From Azolla caroliniana (lineage: Eukaryota > Plantae > Polypodiophyta): DNA of 64,000 bases. Both the position numbers and the translations under genes were made by a program. The DNA lies in NCBI GenBank assembly GCA_043228905.1, contig JBHGNT010000009.1, positions 496,001 to 560,000 on the forward strand, given 5' to 3'. Within the stretch, counting starts at the first letter, position 1, and each line of letters starts with the position of its first letter. Under the pieces are notes generated by a model, which was not told the origin of the DNA, did not search any database, and saw only the letters and a program-made list of their open reading frames with translations. Of this stretch, positions 1 to 12,562 are shown piece by piece.

Positions 1-444
1 CGTATAATGCCCTGTTGTTGTACAAAAGAATCCAAGTATTTTAAACCCTCGAGAGAATAGATCATCTTTTTCATTTAACAAAACAAATGTATGAGCATAT
101 GAACCTATTGAACAACTTCATCCATTCATGTCATAATATAGTCAAAAATACATGTGGAGATTAAGGAATGTCAAAGAGAGTGTATTCTTGTTACATTCCA
201 ATTATGGAATGAACGGGCTTTGTAAATCCATCTCAAGTATTTATTTTACCCACTATTCTTTAGAACTTAAAAGGCCATTGTGTGGCTTCCATTGAAACAT
301 GTATATACATAGTTCAATGGAGTTATGCCTCACGTTAATATCATTGTACCTAGGATCCATACTAGTGTATATCCTATTGGTGGTTAACTGGGTAAGGGTG
401 GTTGTCGAGCACCCGAGAGATACTAGCTCATTTAACCTTAATGA

Positions 445-449
<5 letters not shown>

Positions 450-513
<64 letters not shown>
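450..513. repeat. (CT)n microsatellite
   Basis: Uninterrupted CT dinucleotide run of about 64 bp. Confidence 0.95.
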
Positions 514-516
<3 letters not shown>

Positions 517-660
517 ATCGTAATTAGCTTACCCTAGTGGTAAGTTGATAACATCACAAGCACTCTCTCTCTCTTTTCTTTTCTTTTTATCGTAATTACC
601 TTACCCTAGTGGTAAGTTGTTAGCACTACAAGCACTGCGTTTTGGGTTTGAAACCCAACT
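513..660 (+). mobile_element. Possible tRNA-derived SINE remnant with a duplicated 5' part
   Basis: TTTATCGTAATTA.CTTACCCTAGTGGTAAGTTG occurs twice (~513 and ~586). The second copy has an A-box-like TAGTGGTAAG followed by a B-box-like GGGTTTGAAACCC at ~644-656. Confidence 0.3.
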
Positions 661-1817
661 TCCTCACATCTCTATATACTTCTTATATATCTCTTAATTC
701 ACTAGATGCCAATGTGGAATGTAGGGATTGAACCTATGACCACTTGGTCTCCATTGGGTTCTATTCTTGCCATTTCCTTATATGCTTCAAGAATTAGTGT
801 ACAAAATGCACTATTGTGTGCGAGCCAAAATATAAATCATTGTGTTTGCATGTGGTGAACAAAGAAAAATTACTACTAAGTGGATAACCATCTAGACTAG
901 AAGCTTATGATGTATACAAGGCAATAGGATGGTGTTGCGTAGGGGGGCCAAATTACAATCTATTTTGCCAGAATTATGTCTACATGGAATGAATGCAAAA
1001 CTACCTCGTGGTTATTTGTCTAGACCATTCATGATGGTTGATAGATATATTGATCTCATCTTGAAATTATATATCCCATACTCAATGCAACCTTCTCTAA
1101 CTCATACACACCTAAAGTAACGGGTATTGGTTGAATGTTATTCTAGCAATTAAATATCCAAGAAAGATGGCATCTCCATTCTTGAGAAACCCCAAATATT
1201 ACCATCATTGTTTATTGTTGCTTGAGAGGTTTCATAGAAAACATCTACTTTTGCATGAACATACTTTCTTGAAATTTTCCAAAATGGTTGGGATGACGTG
1301 TACTCTCTTGTTGACGGAGTGAGTATGAGTGGTTATCAATCCACTCCTAAGCCCACTATCAAATATTGATAAATGAGAGAACGGAATCTTAACCTTAATA
1401 CCTAATCACACATTGATGAGGTCAAGAATTAACCCAAAATGTTTAGTCACTTAAATATAGGTGTTAAGGTACCTAACACAATCAACAAAGAAATCAAAGA
1501 GAGACAGTTCAGACTCCAGAGGCAAAGGGATGCTCCACAAGAACTATAGCCACCAACCCAAACACTTAAGGTTTGCATCTTAAGGTAAGAATACGGTAAC
1601 TAAATAATGAGGGTTACTAGTAATGAGAAATTAAACTTATTGTGGGAGGCTTAATCTCTGGCTCAAGTTTACTAAATGTTAAAAAAGAACCTTAAAATAT
1701 TTATACAAGTGTCTTGTATAGCTTTTACAATATCCTTGGGCTTTTTCACATGGTGCCACAAGTCTATCTATTTCGTTTTCTCTTTTAATGTCTTGTATCC
1801 CTTTCCATGGCGCTATA

Positions 1818-1985
1818 TAAAGATCGGCAACAGTTCGGTTTAGGCTTAGCCAGTTTGGCCTGATCCAAGCCAAATTGGCTAAGCCTAAACCGTTTTGGGG
1901 ATCTCAAACCTGAACCGAACCAAACCGGTTTGGTAAACGACTTAGAAACCAATTTTCAAACCAGCTTGGAAACCGGTTTGGAAAG

Positions 1986-2023
<38 letters not shown>

Positions 2024-2438
2024 CTCCCTCCCTCTCTCTCTCTCAAATGATCCACTATATAGTATACATTGTACAAGCTCTCCCTCCCACTCTCTCTCTC
2101 TCACGTCTGTGTGGTCTCGACTCTCCCTCTCTCTCTCCCCCCTTATCTGTTGTCTCCCTCCCTCTCTCTCTCTCCTCGTTTGTGTAGTTCTCCCTCTCTC
2201 TCTCTCTCTCTCTCTCCCCTTGTCAGTTGTCTCCCTCCCTCTCTCCCTGCCTCTCTCTCTCCCTCTCGCTCTAGTAGGCTAAACCGGCTTAGTCGGCTTG
2301 AGCCGGTTTGGCGAGGCTCAAGCCAAGCTGAGCCAATCTCAAACCGTTAAGGCAAGTTCAAGGCTAAACCAAGCCGAGCCGCTTTAAGCAGTCTAAGCCA
2401 AATGGTTTAGGCTTGAACTGAGCCGTTGTTGATCCCTA
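1818..2438. mobile_element. Non-autonomous hAT-type element (MITE), older copy with expanded internal (CT)n
   Basis: Ends TAAAGATCGGCAA...TTGTTGATCCCTA. Degenerate 8-bp TSD gcgctata (1810-1817) / gctctaca (2439-2446). AAACCG/GAGCCG subterminal repeats. Clearly homologous to 30928-31280. Confidence 0.8.
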
Positions 2439-3081
2439 GCTCTACATTTGTACATAAATCATTAATGTCACCTTTAGTGATTCCTTGAAGAAGAAAATAG
2501 AACACATGATAGATTTAGTGCCCATAACAAAACCTATAGATCAATGCACCTATGGATATATGAGCTTTAAAAGGATGAAATATCATGATTATTTTTAGGA
2601 TAAGGTTTTGTTCATCTAAATAAGTCACTTTGGCCTAACCAATATTAGAAGTGGAGAAAATAGATGGGATAATGTGTTTATACTTGAGTATCGTAGCTCC
2701 GATAATTTGAAAAGCTCCCCAAATTTTGCCAACTATGTCGAAAGCATGTAAAGCAAGCAATGAATTAGTCTTCGGCATTTTGTGGTGATGTGTCCACTAC
2801 ATCAAGAACCAATGGCAATGCATATCATGAAGGGTATATGACATTGTGTGAAGTCGCCTTTCTTCTTCCCTAGTGCCTTTGAACTTAACAACAATTAATT
2901 TGTTCCTAATTAGTTCTTTCTTTAAACAATTTGATTAATAGATTTTATTATTGTTTAAGATCAAATACAACCTATGGGAAATGATACCTTTTCAAGTATA
3001 TGATGTGTTATTCATTAGTGACTCTGAATGTTCATTAGTGAATTTTAGCGATGAATGTTGCAATTAAGAGTGCATATAATG

Positions 3082-3724
3082 CAGCAACAATCAAGGGGAA
3101 GAAGAGGAAGCATTTCATCTTTTTATTGAATTGCAGCATGAACATGTAATGCCAGACGTGGTCACTTTCATATTCTTCGAGAAGGAGAATACAAAACCTC
3201 ATGTAGTGAACTTTCTAGGTGATTTAACTGTGTGTATAAATCTCACTTCATTAGATGGATGTTTCAGCTTTTCGGATGATTTGGAAACACTTGAAAAGGT
3301 TGTTAATCTTCTTGCATACATAAGTCATAAGGATCTATTTGCAGATTTCTAAAGGAAGAAGCTTGATCGGAGGCTTCTATTTGACAAGAGTGCAAATGAT
3401 GATCATGAAGCAAAGTTGAAGTAACAGTGTGGAGATCAATTTACCTCCAAAACAACTATTGGAAAAGAAGCATTCAGGATGCCATGCATTCAGGATTAGA
3501 CCAAGCATTTGTACGGAATGTGTTTGAATTGCAGAATAAATATCTGCAATAGGTGAGTAATGCTTTGTACATCATTCCCTCTTTCACAAGGCTCTAAAGG
3601 AAGCTTTTGAAGTTTTCTGTAACAAAGGTGTTGATGGAAGCAGCAGCACTAACCTATTAGTTGTATTTTGTAGCAGATACGCTTTTTAAAACTAATGGAA
3701 GGATATCTTCTTTGGGGAAAAAAG
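3082..3724 (+). pseudogene. Chimeric processed insert: PPR fragments plus three permuted cullin-1 fragments, flanked by a 15-bp direct repeat
   Basis: Translates QGEEEEAFHLFIELQHEHVMPDVVTFI and KPHVVNFLGDLTVC (PPR-like), then [65 protein letters not shown] and [41 protein letters not shown] (CUL1-like). AGAGTGCATATAATG at 3067-3081 and 3725-3739. Confidence 0.85.
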
Positions 3725-4404
3725 AGAGTGCATATAATGTCTATAATAGAAGTATGTGTAGAGATAGGTTTGGAATAGCAATGCAAAGAAGTAAATCAAT
3801 AACAACCCTTTACAAGCCCATGATCTAAGCAAGAAATGACCTAATCTCAAAAAGTAAAGAATATGTGGAGTTTATGTATTGAATAAAGAAACTTCATATT
3901 ATAACATTATAGGGCATTTTCAAACTCTTTCTAGTTGGACTTGAAGTTCAACCCCATGGGGAAGCAATGGTGTGACGTGGGTGTCAAAGAGATATTTCTT
4001 GAGAACACAATGTTCATTCAATTCTTCTTCTTTGCATACCTTCTCGAATGCATCATGAGCCTTCTTCTCCAACTGAAGCTATGAGTAGCACTTTCATTCC
4101 CAAGGTGTATGAAACTTTCTACCTTTTCAATTATTACACACAATGTATGGTTTATACTTATTTTGTGTCTTAACAAACATAACGTTCATTTTAAAACTCA
4201 CGATGCATGCAAAAGTTTTGCAAGACACTTGTAAGCTTTTGTGCATCCTATAAACTATTTATTAAAATCACCACATCATTTGTACATAACAAAAGCATGA
4301 CTATTGCTTTCCAAATTGTAGCTTCTCCATGTCAATGACCTCCTCCAATTCCTTAATGCATTAACTATTGTTGGTTATTGGTTGGGCTTTATTTTTTTCC
4401 TCTA

Positions 4405-4908
4405 GAGACATACATAGTTAGCTATGACGGACCAATTGATAATATATGAGGGATTACAAGAGAAAGAAAACACTAAGAAAGTTTATCAACGGTAACATGA
4501 GGTTTGACAAGAGTGGGACGAACTAGTTGACAATTCATGAGGGGATATTGGAGAAAAAAACATTGAGATTATTTTGACACCTCTTGGAGTTTCCCTAGAT
4601 TGGACGAGTCATGTGATCCATGTAGTTATTTACCAAAATCCATGGTGTTAGTGAATCCCTAGATACATAGTTAGCTATGACGGACCAATTGATAATATAT
4701 GAGGGATTACGAGAGAAAGAAAACACAAAGAAAGTTTATCAATCGTAACATGATGTATGAAAAGGGTGGGAAGAACAAGTTGACAATTCATGAGGGGATA
4801 TTGGAGAAAAAAGCATTGAGATTATTTTGACACCTCTTGGAGTTTCCCTAGATTGGATGAGTCATGTGATCCATGTAGTTATTTACCAAAATCCAAGGTG
4901 TTAGTAAA
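4405..4908. repeat. Tandem duplication, unit ~255 bp, 2 copies
   Basis: ATACATAGTTAGCTATGACGGACCAATTGATAATATATGAGGGATTAC...CCAAAATCCA.GGTGTTAGT starts near 4410 and again near 4663. Confidence 0.9.
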
Positions 4909-5527
4909 TATAAACATATAACAAAAAATGTAGTAGCTCCAATACTATTTGACATTATTTCCAAATAATGATGTTAGCAATATGAAACAACTTTGAAAAT
5001 ACATGGTAAAGATACCATGTTGGTCCTATTATTCTTTGGGCAATGGGGCTTCTAAAATAACATTGTTCGTCCTCATGGGCAATATTTTAGATCCCGAGAC
5101 ATTTTGCTTTCTCATCCAATCTTACATGAAGTTGTGAGATTTGTCTTTTATTTCTTTCAACCAACATCAACATTCAAATAATATTGCAAAACATATACGT
5201 TATAAGGTTGATTTCAAATCCACACAACTCTCCCATGAAGTGTATTGTGTTGGCACATTCAATTATTTAGCTTCATAACAACTAACTCTCAAATTTCTAT
5301 CTCTGATAATGACAAGTCACCCATATCAATCCCCACCATTGGGCCCATGAAGTTATTTGCTTATATGATCCAGTGCTACTTGTTTTATTGATATGCTCAA
5401 GTCCTTCAACACATTCAAGATCAATACATGACGTACTACAACATGATTCTGAAGTCCATTGAACAATGAATATTTGTGTATGTGATCCAAGACACATTGC
5501 AAATTTGACATATGTCAAACTAGTTCT

Positions 5528-8500
5528 CCAAAATGAAGCTGCTTTCCCATTAGTTAGGAAGGATTATTACAAAGAGACTGTACAAGGAGGCTTATACACA
5601 AATCAGGGAATCTCCCTCCGATCAAGCTCAAGAAAATGAGACTACTTACATAACCTTTCAGACTGACTACTTAATGTAAGTAGATACCTATAGCTAAAAG
5701 CAGTGCCCTTCAGTGTTGGCTAGTACGAGCCAACTCTTGGGGCCTACAATAAAGGGAGGGTGGCAAGTGAGTAGGAAACAACCAACGTGGGGGTTAGGAT
5801 GGTAGTTCCACCTCGGGCCACTTCCTCCTTGCGTCACCCTAGGCGTGTTTTGCCATTCCTGCCAAAAGCGCAAACGAGCAGTGACCACGTCGTTGGAATG
5901 GTTGCAAACCTCATCCAATTGCCCTCGTAGGAAGCTAATAAGCGCAAACCATATGTCCAGGATCACTTCCTTCGGGGGCCGTACCAAATCTTGGAAGACC
6001 TTTAGGCAACGCGTTTTCCATACATACCACAGGGTGAAGCCTGCAATCAACATCCAATTTTCCAAGAACCTAGGGGATGCGGATTGCAAGCCTCTCTCAA
6101 AACGGATCTTGACAATTTTGCCTCTCATGCATACATAGCACCAATTATCCGCATTGAAGGCGTCCATCCACCTATCAACAGAGTGTGATCAATCCATGCC
6201 ACAACACTCGACGATGATGTTCCTTCCACTTCACATGCCGCAAGGAGGCGAGTCACTCTATCCCATACCTTTTGAGCTTGAGGGCAATCCCACAAACAAT
6301 GTCTCAGAGTCTGAATAGGTGAAGAGAAAAGTGGGCAACCTAACAGAACGCCATGTTTACCTAGCCATTCGCCAACAGGAACCACATTATGACTAATCTG
6401 CCACCAAAAGAGCTTGATCTTTTCAGGCATGTGGAGATGCCAGAGACCCTTCCAAAAGGTAATGAGCACCTCATCAGGGATGCCCAATGTTTGCCAACCA
6501 TTGCGTAGGGGGGGCATCTAGCTACAATTGTAAAGTCTGGCCCAATTTAGTGTTGTATTCGAAGAAATGGTGGAGTTTGCCGTCATGTTTCCACCTAAAA
6601 TCCCCTGGGTCCCATTCTAGTTCAACAAGGGGACAACAACCGTATACCCATAACTTCCAATGGGGTTCCACCTTAGCAACATCTGGGTTTGTCTTCCAAA
6701 TGTTATCAACCTGCGCCACCACTCGGATTGGGTGCCAAGAGCCCCTACTCTGACTCTCCCCCAAATTTGTATCTCTTCCCGATCCGCTTGCGCCCTTCAA
6801 CAACTTAACCATTCCAGCCTCATAAAAGAGACCGAACCATGCATCTTCTCTCACCTCCCCCATCGGAACCCTATCAATTGCCTCAGCTCTCCGCATTTTC
6901 ATAGCTCCCTTAAGGGGAGGGAATTGCTCGTGGGCTCCTCTTGAATAAACCATGCGTCTCCAATCATCTATAGAATGGAGCCTTGTCTATGCCATCTTTC
7001 CCCATGCTAGGCCCTTATGTTGCCCTAACATCATGTCGTCACTTGTTCGCACCTGAGGGTTCCAAAATAATGGATGTCTAGTCCACTCGATTAGTGTCTC
7101 CGGGGTGTGCTTGACCAAATGATGTCGTACGTGACACCATGCCTGCAAGATGAAGTTCGTGACCCTGTCCTCCAGTTGACAAGCCATCTTGGGTGGGACT
7201 CTGCTCGTGCAACACCAATTCAATGAGTCGAGCCAAGGCCTACCATACTTGGGAGTCCCCACTTGCAACCTATTGCGAAGTAGTACCTTCCAACACCCCT
7301 TACCTATCGTGACCTACTCACACCTATGCATATGCGGAAAAACACGGAGCTGTTGATAGGGTGATGACTTGCATTCACCCCAAGGTAACCCAAGAGATGG
7401 AAGTTGTGCTCAATAGCCCCATTTCTCGATTAGAACTCTCAGAGGTGCTCAGGGAATTGTGGAGAGGAGCATGCTCTGACCCCGATAGTCTCTCAAGAGA
7501 CTTTTTTGAGATTCATTGGGAAAGTGTTATCCCGTCATTGGAAGCCGGGGTTCATGAGATTTGAACCTCAGGACTGATGCCGACTGTTCTGACTGAGGGG
7601 ATGATCTATCTCATCCCCAAAGCGGCAGAGTGAAGCATAGAGTTGTGCCGATGGCGTCCAATCACAATCCTTAACACGATTTACAAGCTACTCGCAAAAG
7701 TCCTCGCTCGGCAGATAGCAAGCTTCTTATTGGACATCATACATGAGAATCAAATAGGGTTTATCAAGAGTAGGTGTATTTTTTATAATGTGCTGCTTCT
7801 CTAGGAAGTTATGGCATTGGCAAATCGCTCCATATCGAGCTCGGCTATTCTGATGTTAGATTTTGAGAAGGCCTACGACAAGGTGTTATGGCCCTTTTTG
7901 GAAAATTTGATGAGAGCTATGAGCCGACCCCAACAATGGAGGAATTGCACTTCTGCACTCTATCGGGCTACCAGTACCGTGCCGATAGTTGGTGCTAGGG
8001 GCCCCGCCTTCCAACTACAACGCTTAGTGAGACAAGGTTGACCCCTAGGCCCATATCTCTATCTATTTGTAACCGGGGCATTCTCTGCCTACTTACTAGC
8101 ACCAAGCAACGGACTGAGGGGATTGCCAATCCCCAATGAGAGTGAAGATCTTCTGTTATCTGAATATGCCGACAATATGGTCCTTTTCTTGCAAGGCGAT
8201 GATGAGAATTTGCAACAGGCTAAACATCTTGTTGATTACTTTTGTCATGCCGCTGGTGCCAAGGTCAATCGGGATAAAACCCAAGGCCTCTTGTTCAACG
8301 AACAAGAGAAACCAATGTGGCAACCCCATGCCGATTTTACATGGGTCCCTGATGGGACGACATTCAAGTACCTAGGATTTACGATGGGGAGTGCAATTGT
8401 CCCATGTGCAAGCCAAAATAAGGAGGAACCTGAACCAATGGAGTAGATCTAAATTATCCTTCGATGGTAGGGTCCTTATTGCGAACCAAGTGATGCTCAC

Positions 8501-8731
8501 CACCATGTGGCACTCAATCTCATGCTGGATTATGGACCCTGCAGGTTTGCACACGATTAAGGCTGCCATCAAGGGGTTTATATGGTCAGGTAAGGACAAC
8601 CCGATGGCTTCCGCCAGAGTGTCATGGCGTTGGTTAACGCAACTACGGGCAAAAGGGGGGCTTGGCCTCGTAGACCCCTTAATGCAGAACCGAGCATTGC
8701 TAGCCAAAATGGTGGTTCGATGCCTCCTACC
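5528..8731 (-). mobile_element. Degenerate 5'-truncated, 5'-inverted LINE copy of the family at 39437-45772
   Basis: 5528-7304 is the reverse complement of the intact element from 43984 to its 3' end. 7304-8731 is the + strand match to 42534-43982. TSD ATGTCAAACTA(G/T)TTCT at 5512-5527 and 8732-8747. Many stops and frameshifts (ORF pieces 5694-6167, 6125-6517, 6987-7268, 7361-7564, 7811-8041, 8123-8446, 8391-8789). Confidence 0.95.
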
Positions 8732-11700
8732 ATGTCAAACTATTTCTATTATTATCTCTACATGTGTAGTCATGGTTTTCATTCCATAATGCTACATAAT
8801 TTTTAAGGACCCTTCTAATACGATTGCACACGTAAAAATTACTTTTCAAATTTATACGACTTCTTTTCATCCATATAAGTCCGACCATTATATGTGTATA
8901 TGCCCATATCCTTAATATATGTGGCTTGAAATATTTTCATGTGCCAAATCAAGAAATGTTGAGCTTGAGACATACAAAGACTAAGAGAGACAGAGGAAGA
9001 TTGGCTTGAGTTTGTGTTGTCTATGAGATTGACATATTGGTTGCCTATTAGGTCAATTATGTAAACATGATGATATATTGAGAGAAGTTTTGGCTCATGA
9101 CACTCAATTAACGCTTGGACGATGGGTTTGATGGTTGATTTTGATGTGAAAATATTTCTTGAAAAGTTGTTTTGCAACATGGAAACTGTGTAGAAATTGT
9201 GTCATTGTAATTTGTTACCAAATGTAGCATCTTGAATAAAAATTGAAAAGTGGTTTCACAACATTAACGTTGATATGAGGTTTTATGATTTTTCCCAAAC
9301 ACATTATCAATTCAAATAATGTGTATTATTTACATGGGATGGATATGCATTTGAGTCACTCACTGTAATTGTATGAGCGGCTTTTGTTACAATTTGAAAG
9401 TTGATAGCCATTTGTACATTGTGGTGCTTGTCCTTGAATCATGATGTATGTTAACATCATTGTGTTTTTATGTAACTTTTCAACTTGGATATTGATAGCC
9501 AATACATTGGATTGTGATTTGTCTCTTTCAAGGCTCGAATTTCAACAAAGTCTTGGTGCTCTATTTCACTCTGCATGGCTAGTAAATATGATGAGTTACC
9601 CTTTGGATCCCTCTTAACCAAATTGTATTATAATATATTGTTGTTCTGGAGTTTAGACTACAATTTTCCATCAAACTTTTGACTTGCTAACACGTATCTT
9701 CTCGACATATGCACCAATGTGATTGTGTTTTGAAGATTGAAAGGGATGGGTTGCATAAGCTTATTGTCTACTTACATATGCTTACATGCTTAGATATATG
9801 TGTTGTTACAATGATTTTTTGTTTCCTTTCACACTCTTCACTAATATTGTGGGCAAATGTCTTAACGACAATAGGTTTCGTGATAATGTTTCCTTATTCT
9901 AATTTTCATACAAGAAGATGACATTTTTAGTAGCCAAATGTTTAAACATAATCTTATAATGTACTTTTCCAACACGAACCTAATTTCCCTCAATTTTTGA
10001 ATGCCCCAAATTCCTCTACACGTGACTTTTCCCCCTTGAAAAGACCTTAGCATGTGGTTCTCCCTCCCTCCTTTAAATCCCTTTGCATGTGCCATGGAAT
10101 TTAAATGCAACTAGGGGAAAACAAGCCTCTAATCTAGAAAAGGTCACACATTTTCTCCAGTATACAACATCAAATATCAGAAAATGTGATGTTTTCCCCA
10201 TTCATCAAATTTGCAAACATCAAATATTGATGAAACATTTCAATATAAACCTAGTATGTTTTTTAATAATGAGTTTTAGACAAAAGAACATAATCTCTTC
10301 ACGAATCACTATCCCTTATCTTGATATCATTATGAGTGTCTTTGAAAATATGCAATGAATAGTATTTTTTTTCCAAAAAACTCTACTTCGCATTAGTTAG
10401 CAAGCAATGAATAGTATTAATCGATGACAACATTGTATATTCATTTTTTATGACATCAAATAGATATTAATATGAAAAAAATTGTGTTTATGCTATAGAC
10501 GTATTAAAATAATTGCTTCAAAAAATGTGTTAATAGAACGTTTTATCACTATAAAACTTAGCTTGATTTTATGTATCATGCAAATGTACCAACTTGAAGG
10601 AAGCCTTAACCACCACAAGTGCCACCATCAAGTTGAAGGTTTCATATGAACATTGACACATCCAACTTTTGAATCATCAATTGTTCTTCTTTAACTTAAC
10701 ATCTTTTATTTAATATATTCTAGAAGGCCTAAGCATATGAAAAAAAGCCCATGACCAACACATCACAACGTGTACATCCATGACCCATCCAAATATTCAG
10801 ATGACTCAACCTTTATGGATATACATAATCATTGAAATTTCATATTTAACAAGCTAATGGAAATATATTAGCAAACCCACCAATGCTCAGGGTTCAATCG
10901 TGCAAATTATGTAACATAACTCTTCAATTAAACGATTGACATTTGAAATGTAACAAATATCATTTGATTCACTAGTGTCATGTAGTATTAGAACTCATCT
11001 AATTTATAGTAGTACTTACTATTATATGTCTGGCAAGTGTGTTGCCATAAATATATGGTCAATCACTCTATTTATGGCACTAATCATTACATAGCACAAG
11101 TTGAATTGAAATAGTATCCATATGTTTTCTTTTTATATGTAATTAAGCCATATTAATCATTGGTGTTAATGTAACTAATTAGGTATTAATCATTAAAATA
11201 CCTACAATTAATATCATCTTCCCTAATTGCTTATCTTCCTAAAGATTGATCGATTTTTTGCGTAAACTTAATTTTTTTCTTTAATATTAAAATATGGTGT
11301 ATGTCTAGGTGTTTTGTTTGTTCCCATTTGAAAAACCCTCTAAAACCCGTGGACTACCCTACCCTAACCAACTAGAGTTGGATGAATAGAAATAAAGCTC
11401 AAAGAGCTCTCATTGCATTTGTGTAAATAAGACAAATGCGTTAAAATCAATACATGCATATAGATTGATTTGGAGCTTTAGGTCCACCACCAAATGTCTT
11501 GATTTTATTACCTAATAACTTTCAAAATTTTAAGTTGGACCTTCTCCTCAATGCAACAATGTTCTTTCTTGTAAAATGCACAACAAAAACATGAAGTTGA
11601 ACTTTGCATTTGGTCATTGAACTCAACCTTTTATTTTGTTAAGAAGAAGTGATAGAACATGCATTCCAACATTGCACTCGATCATCAAATGCAAGAAAAA

Positions 11701-12512
11701 ACTTGAGTTTCCTTGCCTTCTTTTGCCACGACAATTATTAAAAGGGGAAAGGCATGAATTCATATATTGTGCTCAGCTCCAAACATATTTTCTTTTCCAA
11801 AACAAATGACTTGAGTTAGTCCTTACATTTGAGCGCCCAACTTGTCTTTAATAATTGAAAACAAACTTGAATTTAGCACTTGAACACAATTGTCTTTGTC
11901 TGCTAGCAACAAGAAAATTAAAATAAAACAAAGCATGAATTGGGCCTTGTGTTACTACTGAACACATGTTCTTCCTAATAATTAAGACAAAATGATAGAA
12001 ATGCAAGCTTTGGTTGCCAAAATATGAAACAAAAAACCTAGGTTTTTCCTCATTGCCTAAAATACTATTTGGCTAAGAAATAAATGAAATGGACAAAATG
12101 ACACTCGTTAATTGCTAAAATTTAATGGTATGATTAAGAGAGTGCATGTTGGATATAAAATTGAATGATAAAGATGGTCATCTATATGTCATGGGTGTCA
12201 AGGATATCTCATGCATGGATTTGTGGGCGTATGTTGCATTCGTTGTGGATATACCTTAGCATGGCCATCATGTGCGTCATGGATAAGTCATTGATAAATC
12301 ACAAATGGGTCATGAATGGGCTATGGACTTATGCGTTTTCCTCTAAAGGAACCCATCACATTCCCATCTTAAGGAAATTTTAGAAGAACATGGATTATTG
12401 GTCAAAGGCGGGTATCTTTCAATGTGTATGGCTCAATAGTTTTCCTTTTTGCAACATGATAGATGAGACCAAACCAAACTCCGCCTTGATACATTCTTTC
12501 CCAACTCTTTTC

Positions 12513-12562
12513 GTGTGTGTGTGTGTGTGTGTGTGTGTCTCTCTCTCTCTCTCTCTCTCTCT
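12513..12562. repeat. Compound (GT)n(CT)n microsatellite
   Basis: Direct reading of the sequence. Confidence 0.9.

Noticed and set aside
1904-2350. Ser/Leu- or Glu/Arg-rich ORFs
   Set aside because: Artefacts of the (CT)n core of the hAT MITE.
9729-9756. TGAAGATTGAAAG(G/A)GATGGGTT shared with ~54147-54169
   Set aside because: The match is only ~24 bp. Probably a dispersed repeat fragment, but too short to define.
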